A stretch of 64,000 bases of DNA from positions 54,468,430 through 54,532,429 of the forward strand of contig NC_090399.1 of NCBI RefSeq assembly GCF_036365525.1, written 5' to 3'. The notes under the pieces are model-generated. The model was not told where the DNA came from and did not search any database. It saw only the letters and a program-made list of their open reading frames with translations. This DNA comes from Heterodontus francisci. Taxonomy: Eukaryota. Below, in pieces: positions 1-11,750 of this stretch. The position numbers were made by a program, and so were the translations under genes. Position 1 is the stretch's first letter; every line of letters begins with the position of its first letter.

Positions 1-2
1 AC

Positions 3-404
3 TGTACAAACAGGGAGCACTCACAGCACAGTGCTGAATATCACCGGAGCCAAGGGCTCAGTGGATGCAAAAACATTAATACTGAGGAACTAATATCAGA
101 GAATTGTACAATTCTGATTGCTGGTGATGATTGTTTCAAGAATAAAGACACTGACGGAAAATGGATTCCTTACAAGAACTACAGAACTGTCAATGACAAG
201 TACAGTTGCTGGAATATTCCTGCCGATACCAGCATCGAAACATCAGCCTATTGGAAATGGGTTTTGTCCAAATACAACGAACAGTTCGCTAAAACACACT
301 CAGCAAAACCAGCAAGTGACATTTCCAGTTGGAAGATATCCTGGGCTAACGTTAAAACAGACATTGAAGATAAATACAATGTGAAGATTGACGAGTTCCA
401 CTAA
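3..404 (+). CDS. GVIN1: 3' end of an interferon-induced very large GTPase (GVIN1/VLIG/URGCP-family) coding exon, 5'-partial
   Basis: Frame 3 is open from the window edge to TAA at 402-404: CTNREHSQHSAEYHRSQGLSGC...LISENCTILIAGDDCFKNKDTDGKWIPYKNYRTVNDKYSCWNIPADTSIETSAYWKWVLSKYNEQFAKTHSAKPA..W. The H-x-x-HRxQGL, PYKxYR and YWKWV motifs match the VLIG C-terminus. Absent from the ORF track because it has no start codon. The symbol is family-level. Confidence 0.85.
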   Translation, partial: CTNREHSQHSAEYHRSQGLSGCKNINTEELISENCTILIAGDDCFKNKDTDGKWIPYKNYRTVNDKYSCWNIPADTSIETSAYWKWVLSKYNEQFAKTHSAKPASDISSWKISWANVKTDIEDKYNVKIDEFH

Positions 405-669
405 CTTGTTATCTTCAAAGACAGATAACCTGAGAAACTCCTTTTCTAAATATCACCAGATGCAATAATCCTGAATTTAAATGGCCTGAGGTGAGAAACA
501 GCAATTAGACTGCTAAAGGGGTGAGAAAGATCAGACACAAACTCTTTTAAATCAAAGGAATTTACAACTCTTGGGTGCAGCAAGTTAGGATGTCATTTTG
601 TAAATACTGCAAACATCATAAATAATGAACAATTTGGGGCGAAAACTAATAGGAAGAATACACAGGAAT

Positions 670-2936
670 GTTTTCTTCTTCTTTGGCCTCCTTGTCTCGA
701 GAGACAATGGGTAAGCGCCTGGAGGTGGTCAGTGGTTTGTGGAGCAGCGCCTGGAGTGGCTATAAAGGCCAATTCTAGAGTGACAGACTCTTCCACGGGT
801 GCTACAGATAAAATTGGTTGTCGGGGCTGTCACACAGTTGGCTCTCTCCTTGCGCTTCTGTCTTTTTTCCTGCCAACTGCTAAGTATCTTCAACTTGCCA
901 CTCGTTAGCCCTGCCTTTATGGTTGCCCGCCAGCTCTGGCGATCACTGGCAACTGACTCCCACGACTTGTGATCAATGTCACAGGACTTCATGTCTCATT
1001 TGCAGACGTCTTTAAAGCGGAGCCATGGATGGCCGGTGGGTCTGATACCAGTGACTGGCTCGCTGTTCAATGTGTCCTTGGGGATCCTGCCATCTTCCAT
1101 GCGGTTCACATGGCCAAGCCATCTCAAACGCCGCTGGCTTAGTAGGGTGTATATGCTGGGGATGTTGGCTGCCTCGAGGACTTCTGTGTTGGAGATACGG
1201 TCCTGCCACCTGATGCCAAGGATTTTCCGGAGGCAGCGAAGATGGAATGAATTGAGACGTCGCTGTTGGCTGACGTACGTTGTCCAGGCCTCACTGCCAT
1301 AGAGCAAGGTACTGAGGACACAGGCTTGATACACTTGGACTTTTGTGTTCCGTGTCAGTGCGCCATTTTCCCACACTCTCTTGGCCAGTCTGGACATAGC
1401 AGTGGAAGCCTTTCCCATGCACTTGTTTAATTCTGCATCAAGAGACAGGTTACAGGTGATAGTTGAGCCTAGGTAGGTGAACTTTTGAACCACTTCCAGA
1501 GCGTGGTCGCCAATATTGATGGATGGGGCATTTCTGACATCCTGTCCCATGATGTTCGTTTTCTTGAGGCTGATGGTTAGGCCAAATTCATTGCAGGCAG
1601 CCGCAATCCTGTCGATGAGTCTCTGCTGACACTCTTCAGTGTGAGATGTTAATGCAGCATCGTCAGCAAAGAGGAGTTCCCTGATGAGGACTTTCCGTAC
1701 TTTGGTCTTTGCTTTTAGACGGGCAAGGTTGAACAACCTGCCACCTGATCTTGTGTGGAGGAAAATTCCTTCTTCTGAAGACTTGAATGCATGTGAGAGC
1801 AGCAGGGAGAAGAAGATCCCAAACAGTGTAGGTGCGAGAACACAGCCCTGTTTCACGCCACTCAGGATAGGAAAGGGGTCTGATGAGGCGCCGCTATGCT
1901 GAATTGTGCCTTTCATGTTGTCATGGAATGAGGTGATGATACTTAGTAGTTTTGGTGGACATCCGATCTTTTCTAGTAGTCTGAAGAGACCACATCTGCT
2001 GACGAGGTGAAAGGCTTTGGTGAGATCAATGAAAGCAACGTAGAGGGGCATCTGTTGTTCACGGCATTTCTCCTGTAGCTGGTGAAGGGAGAACAGCATG
2101 TCAACGGTCGATCTCTCTGCTCGAGAGGGTAGACATGCTCAGCCAGTTTATAGAGTCTGTTTAAAGCGACACGAGCGAAGACTTTCTCCACTATGCTGAG
2201 CAGGGAGATTCCACGGTAGTTGTTGCAGTCACCGCGGTCACCTTTGTTTTTATAGAGCGTGATGATATTGGCATTGTGCATGTCCTGTGGTATTGCTCCC
2301 TCATCCCAACACAGGCAAAGCAGTTCATGCAGTGCTGAAAGTATAGCAGGCTTAGCACTCTTGATGATTTCAGGGGTAATGCCGTCCTTCCCAGGGGCTT
2401 TTCCGCTGGCTCGAGAATCAATGGCATCACTGAGTTCCGATTTTGTTGGCTGTACGTCCAGCTCATCCATGACTGGCAGGGGCTGGGCTGCATTGAGGGC
2501 GGTCTCAGTGACAACATTCTTCCTGGAGGACAGTTCTAGGTAGTGTTCCACCCAGCGGTCCATTTGCTTGTGTTGGTCAGTGATTTTGTCCCCTGATTTA
2601 GATTTGAGTGGGGGGGCGATCTTCTTGACGGTTGGCCCAAAAGCTCTCTTAATGCCATCATACATCCCTCTGATGTTTCCGGTGTCTGAGGCCAGCTGAA
2701 TATGACTGCATAGGTGTTGCCAGTAGTCATTTGCGCAGCACCTGGCTGTTCTTTGTGCAGTGCTTCTGGCAGCTTTAAGGGCTACGGATGTTAACTCGTT
2801 GGGGCTTTCTTGTAGTTCAGCAGTGCAATGCGCTTAGCGGCTATGACAGGTTCCAGCTCTTCAATGTGAGATTGAAACCAGTCTGCATTCCGCTTCACAC
2901 AATTGCAATAGGTGGTCATTGCTGAGTCGTAGATGG
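670..2936 (-). mobile_element. RTE-clade LINE, 5'-truncated, few frameshifts, long TSD
   Basis: ORFs 1973-2665, 996-2099 and 729-992 give RT (GVKQGCVLAP, LFADD) and a C-terminal zinc finger. (AAG)n tail at ~671-684. Flanking 29-bp direct repeat at 641-669 and 2938-2966. Confidence 0.93.
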
Positions 2937-3619
2937 AGAAAATTAATGGGAAGAATACACAGGAATAGTAGTCGGCCATTCAGTGTTTTCCACCAATCAA
3001 TTAGATTACGGTTGATCTTTACCTCAGCTACATTTCCACGCCTTTGCTCCATATCCCTCAATCCCCATATCCAACCAAACTCGACCGATCTCAGTCTTTT
3101 TAAATAGGCTCACCAGGCAGCTCCTGTGATACTCCATAGAAACGAGCAGGAGAAGGGAATCTGAGGAAGTTCTCCTCACAACAGGAGTATTTTCCAATGT
3201 CATCATTTTTGGGTTTATGGGAACCGGTCCATGAGTAAACCGGAAAATAGCAACCTGCACTGCTCTGTATGAGGACCTGAGTTCCTGGGAAGTTTAATGG
3301 AGTATAGATCCACTGTGTTAGTGAAAGGAGAGCTGGGAAATGGCAGTCTGAGGGAAATAACAGTGAGGGTATCTTCAACCAAGTACAAGACGTAGAGCGA
3401 ATGTTTCATTATAACTATCATATCCTGACATGTCCAAGATCTGTTACTTAATACATTCTGATGCGGTATTACTGCTTGAAATGCAAATACAAACTTGCAC
3501 TTCAGAACTGCATCTCAATTGATAACGCATTGGGACTGACTTTCACTTCTGAGTGCATGGAACAGATGGTGTTCCACTTACCTTTATTTTGTCAGCTGCT
3601 TATACCCTTGCTGTATTCT

Positions 3620-3765
3620 CCAAGAGGAGAGCTACAAGGATGATTCCCAGGGCAAACAACCTCAGCTACATAGATAGGCTCAAGGAGCTTGGCCTGTTTA
3701 CTTTAGAGCAGCTTGGTGATGACCTGATCGAGGTCTACAAAATAATTAGAGGGCTGGATCATACC
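3620..3765 (+). mobile_element. CR1 LINE 3' fragment
   Basis: RRATRMIP..LSYIDRLKELGLFTLE..DLIEVYKIIRGLD. Confidence 0.8.
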
Positions 3766-4689
3766 TACCCATGCTGCTTTACAAACCCTCCCTCCTTCAG
3801 GGAGCACCCAACCCACAGGGTTCTGCCAGTCATACCTGCTCCCGCTCCGGAACCTATCCTGGGGGCTCTGCCAGCTATACCTGCTCCTTCTCTGATAACC
3901 GGCCCGCGGGGCTCTGCTGGTGCCGAGATCAGCCGGTCTTACTTCATGGGCTGCATCCGGATCCTTGTTTGACACCCAAAGTTCACCTGCCGGAGCCTCA
4001 ATCACAGCAGCCCCTTCACCATCTGATGTGAATGTCAGCCCCATGTGGGCTGCATATTCCTTGGAGCCACTCCTGCTCTGCTGCTCTAACTTTGCCAGAA
4101 ACCCTTCCCTTTCTGCTAGGTTATGGCGTGGGAGCGGGAGCGACCCTGAGGAATTTTCCAGCTGACCGTATTGATTTTACCGAGTTTCACTAACAGTGAA
4201 CTTAATGCTGTAATACAGAGAGGTTAAACATTAAATTAACATTTGTACTAGGCTATTCCTATCATTATATCTTATCATTTAATGGTTTCAGATGTTTTCT
4301 TCAAATAATGAAATAGCGGGTTACAAATTATGTTGCTTGTGTTCAATTATTGGACAATATATGATTCCTGGGAATGTTATTCTGTTTCCAAAATTTTAAA
4401 ACTATAATGTAAAACAATACCAAGACTTTATTCTGAAATTTTTATTGTAATCGCTTGGACTTTTAATTCCACAATTTAATAGAATTTTCTATAAGTTTGC
4501 AAGAAGTGTTTCTCTATTCCATTATTCAACTGTACTTTATCAAGTGATTTGCTTTGAAACCATATAAACTTTAATCAGTTATCACCTGCTTGTCAATAAA
4601 ACAAATGAATTAATCCAGCTCAGCGTCATCATTAATAACAATTAAATACCTGGACAAAGCTTTGTATCTAACAACCATTATCAACGTCC

Positions 4690-5346
4690 AGGAGGTTGCC
4701 ATTGGCCAGGAACTGAACTGGACCAGCCACATAAATACTGTGGCTACAAGAGCATGTCAGAGGAATTCTGCAGTGAGTAACCCACCTCCTGTCTCCCCAA
4801 TGCTTGTCCATCATCTGCAAGGTACAAATCAGGGTTTTGATGAAATACTCTCCGCTTGCCTGGATGAGTGCAGCTCCAACAACACTCAGGAAGCTCAACA
4901 CCATCCAGGACAAAGTGGCCCGCTTGATTGGCACCCCATCCACCACCTTCATCATTCACTCCCTCCACCAACAACACACAGTGGCATCAGTGTGCACCAT
5001 CTACAAGATGCACTGCAGTAAATCACCAAGCCTCCTTCGACAGCACCTTCCAAACCCGCGACCTCTAACACTAGAAGGACAAGGGCAGCAGATGCATAGG
5101 AACATCACCACCTGCAAGTTCCCCTCCAAGCTACATACCAACCTGACTTGGAACTATATCACTGTTCCTTCACTGTCAAAATCCTGGCATTCCCTTCTTC
5201 ACAGCACTGTGGGCGTATCCAGACCACATGGACTGCAGCGGTTCAAGAAGGCAACTCATCGCCGTCTTCTCAAGGGCAATTAGAGATGGGCAACAAATGC
5301 TGGCTTTGCCAGTGACACCCACATCCTATGAAACAAATAAATAAAA
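4690..5346 (+). mobile_element. CR1-group LINE 3' fragment (clade unresolved; same family as 30246-31258 and 53075-55030)
   Basis: YSPLAWMSAAPTTLRKLNTIQDKVARLIG...RLLKGN stop, followed by the family 3' UTR and an A-rich tail. Confidence 0.85.
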
Positions 5347-5454
5347 AGAGAATAAGTGACTGGAGGATGTGTGCTGTTTCAGACAGATGGGAATATGGTG
5401 TGGGTGTCTTCTATTTTTCACCTCCCAACTGACTGCAGGTAGCGTTTTTAAAAA

Positions 5455-5700
5455 CAAAGTAATTCATGACAACGCTACTTCATCGGAGAACGTCATCAGG
5501 ATGCGCCGCGGTGCGCACATGCGCACACGGTCTCATGCCCCCTGCGCATGTTTCATCTCTGTGATTTTTTGAGCAGCGCCATCTTTCGTCCTGGCAGCTG
5601 CAACAGTCGCAGGCTGTGACGTTTTCGTGGCACATGCTGTAACTGCACATGTGCCAAAACAGCGCCACCTACCGATCGCGTTGTCAACAATTGCGGTCTT
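5455..5700. mobile_element. Short GC-rich MITE-like element; a second copy of its right part lies at ~7395-7527
   Basis: Inverted TGACAACGC (5467-5475) / GCGTTGTCA (5678-5686). Internal palindrome TGGCACATG..CATGTGCCA. About 130 bp is directly repeated at ~7395-7527. Confidence 0.55.
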
Positions 5701-5709
5701 TAAAAAATG

Positions 5710-6552
5710 ATGTTTAGGTCCCTGAGTGTTTTTAGGGTCAAATAAACAGACAAATGACAGGTTTACTCGTGGGTTAAAACAGAAAGATGAATATTTATTA
5801 AACACAATCACCAAATATGTCTGCAACTTCACCCACTCATGCATTCACACAAACACACATATACAAGAAAAGATAGTGAGTAGAAAGAGAGGACCATGCA
5901 ATTAAAGTTTGATTGCTGTACAAGAATTTGTTGTTTAAAACTTTCAGAATTATTCCAGGAGGAAATTTTATAAGTGTTGTAAGCATGGTGTTTTGTCTTG
6001 GAATTGATGAAATGTCACAGACTCCCTTAGTTAAAACTCAATCTGAAGTTGGGTTTGGAAGTCCCAGTTCAATTTCACAGATGGGGAGTTTTTTCGGTCA
6101 CCTTTGTGGTCTCTGCCTCTGTTGTTTAGATAGTTTAAAGCTGTTTTGCAGGCCGGGTCTGTTCCTAAGCTGGATTGACCTCACAGCTTCTCTCAGTGGA
6201 GTTGGCTTTCTGACTTCTGTTTTCTTCTGTCTGTTCCTGAGAGAAATACCTTCCTTCAAGGTAAAAACTTCATAGGTTTCGGTTTTAATCAAGTGACTCC
6301 AAACATACACGCCCTCCCACCCGGGGTGTTGATACAATCTTCCAGGATGGGAATTATTGACACAATAATGGCCTCTGAAGTGGTCCATTTCGATATCATG
6401 GTTTTATTTCACATCTATTATCTTGGCCCTGGCTTTGGAGTCAGTCTGTCTGCAAAAATCTTTGTTAGCTCCATTCCTGCAGATAAAGGTCATTAGTATG
6501 GAATGGACTGTTTTTCCAATTCAATGGGCTAACCCCAAAGCAATTCCAGACA
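5710..6552 (-). mobile_element. Probable solo Gypsy-type LTR
   Basis: Ends in CA at 6551-6552 (TG on the - strand). TTTATT followed by a (CA)-rich tract, as in the other Gmr1-type LTRs here. Non-coding. Confidence 0.4.
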
Positions 6553-6559
6553 TTAAGAA

Positions 6560-6872
6560 TGGGGGGAAGGGGAAGGGGGGTGGAGGGGAGGGGGGCTGGG
6601 GGGAGGAGGGGGAGGGGGATGGGGAGGAGGGAGGGGGATGGGGAGGAGGAGGAGGGGGATGGGGAGGAGAGGAGAGGAGGGGGGGAGGGGGTGGGGGGTT
6701 AGGGGTGGGAGGGGGAGAAGGGGGGGAGGACGGGGTGGGTGGGAAGTAGAGAGGGGAGGGGGTTGGGGAGAGAAGGGGGATGGGGGAGGTAGGGGGTGGG
6801 AGGTAGAGAGAGGGAGGGGGAGGGGGAGAGGTAGAGGGGGATCGGGGGAGACGGGTGTGGGGGTGTAGTGGG
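6560..6872 (+). repeat. Poly-purine G-run low-complexity tract (G-quadruplex prone)
   Basis: Almost entirely G/A with runs of 4-7 G. The Gly/Pro-rich ORFs over it are artefacts. Confidence 0.9.
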
Positions 6873-7529
6873 AGGAAGTTAAATTCAGAAGTTCCTGAAG
6901 AGAGGGATGCAAAAGGCAGGGACCAGACAGCTGCAATGCCTGAAGTACAGTTGAGAAATAGGGGAGAAAGCGGCTGGATGGGGGATCTGCAGCTGGTGGG
7001 AACGGCTGGATGGAGAGGGCCAGAAGCGAGAGGCCGTAGAGAGCCGCGAGGAGCGAGCGGCCGAAGACCTTGGTGTCGCCGGGTGCGGGGATTGGCCGGT
7101 GTGTCTTTTGCCGTTGCAAGTTTATGGCGCATGGGCAGAAAAACGCACTCCTCCCCCCCCCCCCCCCCGCTGCTGTCTCCGGCTGCACCGCTTCCCTCTG
7201 TCACCAGCCAGTTTGCTCACCCACTCGCCGCCCGTTCCGCTCCCCCCTCACCCACCCAGCACCACTCCCCGACCCCGCTCGTTCGCCCCTCCCCGCCCCC
7301 GCTCCCCCTCCCCCTCCCCGGCCCCGCTCATTTGCTCTCTCACTCCGCCATTGTGTGCTGCCATGTGTTTGTTAGGTTGCCTCCGTGTGATTATTTGGGC
7401 AGCGCCATCTTTAGCCCTGGCAGCTGCCTAAAGTCGCAGACTGTGACGTTTTAGTGGCACATGCTGCATTTGCGCATGTGCCACAGCAGCGCCACCTCGC
7501 GGTAGCCTTGTCAGCAAATGCAGCCTTCC

Positions 7530-9238
7530 CCTCACTATTTGGGCAGAACTAAACTTTTTACTGGTACTTCCATACCTTCTGTTTTTAACTGTACACGTTC
7601 ACTTCGGATTGCCTCCACTCTTTCCCCCTTCTACCCCTTGTATTAGTATGGTCTGTTTAGTCGTGGGTATTTCCTCCTTTGTAAGAGAGATGGATGCCCC
7701 TGTGTCTATTAACATTCTGCAATGCCGGTTCCCCAACACCGCGTTAATAAACATCCTCCGATCCCTGTCTCTCCAGCTCCCGGGGGGCCCGATGCTCCCT
7801 ATTTCAGCTGTAAGAGTTTCTGTAAGTTTGACAGATCCTGTTTGCTGGCGACCCTCACTGCCTTCCTTGTCCCCTTGTTGTTTGGGCCCCATTCCCTCTT
7901 GACCATTCCCCAATCCTGTGGCCAGATTTTTCTGATAGTCTTCGCCTAAGCCTTCTTTAACCATATTTAAGAATACTAAATCACCCTCGGTGGGAAATCT
8001 TGTCCCGCTATGATCTTTATAGTCTTCCCATTTTCTTTTCCTGAACTCAAATGGTGACTCCCCTTCTGTCTGTGCTATTCCCATTATAATTCCCCAATTT
8101 GGTCTCACCTCCCCCAATGCCTCACCTCTTTGATATCTGTGATTTCCAATCGTCCGGTCTTGGGTTCCCGTTACTCTGTACCTCGGGTCAAATCTATTCC
8201 CTCTCCCACCCGTGGTGATACGTTATCCCACGTCCGTCGGTCTATTTTTGATTTTACCAGGACATGGCAATCTCCTGGGGTCAGGGCGTGGGTTTCCCTT
8301 AACTCGTCTACCTTTAACCAGAAGTCTGTGTTCCCACTGCTTCTCTTGGGAGTGGGTAGTTCTTTCAGTAACATATGCCTCTCAGTGGTGGTAAACCGTG
8401 TTACTACTGTATCTTTAGCTGTTTGCCAGGGGTTCCGGCTACTCTTACCTATTGTTTGATGCGGGGCCATTCGTACCGGGTTTGGTCAAGCAGTGGACCC
8501 GTGGTACGGGGGCAGTCTGTCCCCTTTTTCCCCATCGTCCCATTTGGCTGTATTTACGCTTCCTGGAAGGAATTGATCTACCGCCACAATTGGGGCTGAA
8601 GGTGGGTTGTTCATCCGTTTTGCTTTTGGATAATTTTTACTTGCTGTTAGTACTGGCTTAAGATGAGTATCATAGCCTTTTTCAGTCTTATCACTTGTTT
8701 GCGCCTTCCACCACTCCTTAGAGCGTTGTGGCAAATCGCTGGGCTGCCAGCCTTGTTTTTTTCATTTACTGCCCTGATCGAGGTATACAAGATTATGAAG
8801 GGCATGGACAGGGTGGATAGGGAGCAGCTGTTCCCCTCAGTTGAAGGGTCAGTTACAAGGGGTCACAAGATTAAGGTGAGGGGCGGGAGGTTTAAGGGGG
8901 ATTTGAGGAAGAACTTTTTTACCCAGAGGGTAGTGACAATCTGGAATGCACTGCCTGGGAGGGTGGTAGAGGCGGGTTGCCTCACATCCTTTAAAAGGTA
9001 TCTGGATGAGCACTTGGCACGTCATAACATTCAAGGCTATGGGCCAAGTGCTGGCAAATGGGATTTGGTAGACCGGTCAGGTGTCTTTAATGCATCGGTG
9101 CAGACTCGTTGGGCCGAAGGGCCTCTTCAGCACTGTATTATTCTGTGATACTGATCAGTTTCCTAAATTTTTGGGCAATGTCTCTTCACCTCCCCGCTCC
9201 GCCACAAACTCAAGGTCCGTTTTCTCGGCCGTCGCCAT
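7530..9238 (-). mobile_element. Endogenous retrovirus-like gag-pro, decayed and 3'-truncated
   Basis: Begins MATAEKTDLEFVAERG at 9238. MHR-like QTEGESPFEFRKRKWEDYKDHSG and protease motif MLIDTGASIS lie in one frame (7599-8117). Stops and frameshifts elsewhere. Interrupted by a CR1. Confidence 0.8.
8780..9150 (+). mobile_element. CR1 3' fragment inserted in the ERV gag
   Basis: LIEVYKIMKGMDRVD...FFTQRVVTIWNALP. CTGATC on both sides (8774-8779 and 9151-9156). Confidence 0.9.
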
Positions 9239-9499
9239 TCTGAGCGCACTCTCCCTTCAATCCAGGATTCAGTCGTCCCCCGGGACACACTCGTCCCAAC
9301 TTACCCGTGCACTCGGGGATGCAGTCGTCCCCCGGAATCCTAGTCCCCCCGCCGCCCCCTCCACCTGAGTCTCAGGTCTAATGTTCGGACCCACCCTGTG
9401 GACCTCCGTTCTAGTCTGATGCAAACAACAGGAGAGTCTTCTTTCAAATGAAACAACACTCACCACATCATGTTTTTGCCTTCACAGAGGGCCAGGTGG

Positions 9500-9517
9500 A
9501 TCCTGCCGACTATGCCA
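9500..9517 (-). promoter_or_regulatory. Primer-binding site complementary to tRNA-Ser
   Basis: + strand ATCCTGCCGACTATGCCA matches the 3' 18 nt of vertebrate tRNA-Ser (ATCCTGCCGACTACGCCA) with one CpG transition, 1 nt from the LTR end. Splice-donor-like GGTGAGT on - at ~9458-9464. Confidence 0.9.
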
Positions 9518-9518
9518 C

Positions 9519-10012
9519 TGAAAGGGAGTTCAGTCACCCTCCGATTCCGCCATAGACCACATGAGACTCAAGCTCTTTGTTCAGCGGTTTATTGCAAGCA
9601 TATGCAAGGGAGACCGTACCCATACAAGATGGTGTACCAACTCCCCCAGTGGTTACTAAACATCATTCTTATACCATTTTACAGATAACAGTTCGTTTGC
9701 ATTTACCAATCAATCGGTTACACTCTCTTATTTCTATCTAATTGTGTCTCCTTGTACATAGCTAGGTTACCCTATTACATTCTAAGCAGGTATAGATTAT
9801 ACTATCCAATCATTAGCAAGACACGAACACATGAAACTTAGAGAGTTGTCACTCCTGACAGCATCAAGCCTTCTTTGTTCAACCGAAGGCATGTATACAT
9901 AAAACATAGTTGACCCTTATCTCCTGAGACATCAAGCCTCCTCCTTTGATCACCCTCAGGCATGTACACATGGAACATACTTGCCCCTTACCTGGTTCAA
10001 ATCATCCTAACA
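9519..10012 (-). mobile_element. 5' LTR of the ERV-like element (494 bp)
   Basis: On the - strand TGTTAGG...CCCTTTCA. AATAAA at 9588-9593. Tandem ~65-bp U3 duplication. Abuts the PBS. Confidence 0.8.
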
Positions 10013-10415
10013 TCTGGTGGTTCACCGGGCCTTCTCCTTTGTTCACTGTCCTAGTCCTTTTTCTCCCCCTACATCCATGTACCAGTGATAGGGTTTTGGA
10101 TGGTAACTTGCTGACCAATAGCTAATTTAGGAAGTTCACTCCCAGCATGACTGTCATGCAGTTTTTTCATTTTCCTGCGTTGTTCCAGAAGAACACCTCT
10201 AACCTCCGCATAAACAGATCGGTGGAAACTGGGAAGATCCGTACGAACCTGACATCCAACCATGAGTTCAGCTGAAGACGCAAGTGTAGAACTTAGTGGA
10301 GTTGAACGAAGGTGGAGCATGTTAATGTTCAGATCCTGACCCGTCTGCTGGCACTTGACGATCAATGACTCGACAGTGCTATCATATGTTCCACAATGTC
10401 GTTGGAACACTGGTA
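10013..10415 (-). mobile_element. Gypsy (K02A2.6/Mag-like) integrase C-terminal fragment
   Basis: MLHLRSTPLSSTLASSAELMVGCQVRTDLP...KKLHDSHAGSELPKLAIGQQVTIQNPITGTW. Confidence 0.75.
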
Positions 10416-11750
10416 CAAGAACACAAGAAATAGGAGCAGAAGTAGACCAGATGGCCCATCGAGCCTGCTCCATTCAATACCATCATGGCTGATCTTGGTC
10501 TTCAATTTCACTTTCCTGCCCGCTCCCCATATCCCTTGATTCTCTGCGAGACCAAAAATCTATCTATCCCAGCCTTAAATGTATTCAATGATGGAGCATC
10601 CACAACCCTCTGGGGTAGAGAATTCCAAAGAATCACAACCCTTTGAGTGAAGTAATTTCTCCTCATCTCAGTCCTGAATGATTGACCCCTTATCCTGAGA
10701 CTGTGTCCCCATGTTCTAAATTCCCTGACCAGTGGAAACAATCTCTCAGCTTCTCTCCTATCAAGTCCTTTCAGAATCTTGTATGTCTCAATTAGATCAC
10801 CTCTCATTCTTCTGAACTCCAGAGAATATAGGCCCAATTTACTCAGCCTCTCATCATAGAACAACCCCCTCATCCCAGGGACCAATTTAGTAAATCTTCG
10901 CTGCACTGCCTCCAGTGCAAGTATATCCTTTCATAAATGTGGAGACCAAAACTGCACACAGTATTCCAGGTGCGGCCTCACCAAAGCCCTGTAAAATTTG
11001 TAAGCCCTGTAAGACTTCTTTATTCCTGTACTCCAATCCCCTTGCAATAAAGGCCATTTGTCTTCCGAATAGCCTACTGCACCTGTTTGTTAACTTTAAG
11101 CGTTCCTTGTACGAGTACACCCAAGTCTTGCTGAACATCAACACTTAGAGTTTCACACATTGAAAACAAAATTCTGCTTTTCTATTTTTACGACCGAAGT
11201 GAACAACTTCACACTTCCCTACATTGTACTTCATTTGCCATCTTGTTGCCCACTCGCTTAACCTGTTCTATATCTCTTTGCAGCCTCTCTATGTCCTCCC
11301 CGCAGCTTACCTTTCCATCGAGCTGTGTGTCATCAACAAACTTAAGATACATTGCTCTGTCTCTTCATCCAAGACATTAATCTAGAGTGTAAATAGCTGA
11401 GGCCCCAGCACTGATCCTTGCGGCACCCCACTATTCACCGCCAGACGACTTGAAAATGCGCCATTTATGCCAACTCTCTGCTTCCCGTCGGTTAACCAAT
11501 ATATTACCCCCAACACCATGAGCCCTTATCTTGCCAACTAATCTTTTGTGTGGCACCTTATTGAATGCCTTTTGGAAATCCAGGTATACTACATCGACTG
11601 GTTCCTCTTTACCTAACCTACCAGTTACATCCACAAAAAACTCCAATAAATTTTCAAACAGGATCTCCTTTTAGTAAAACCATGTTGACTTGTTCTAATC
11701 ATACAATGATTTTCCAAGTGCAGTGCTAAGAATTCTTTAATATTAGTTTT
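10416..11750 (-). mobile_element. CR1 LINE, 3' half, decayed
   Basis: VDVVYLDFQKAFNKVPH, then QRRFTKLVPGMRG...FTQRVVILWNSLP, then 3' UTR with simple-repeat tail. Confidence 0.92.

Noticed and set aside
118-384. 88-aa ORF in the track
   Set aside because: Shadow frame of the GVIN-like coding frame (3-404).
3765-4165. GC-rich segment with short internal repeat (CTGCCAG..ATACCTGCTCC twice)
   Set aside because: No recognisable protein or element ends. Probably an unclassified repeat fragment.
6423-7454. Pro/Gly-rich ORFs resembling formin or extensin
   Set aside because: Translations of G-run and C-run low-complexity DNA.
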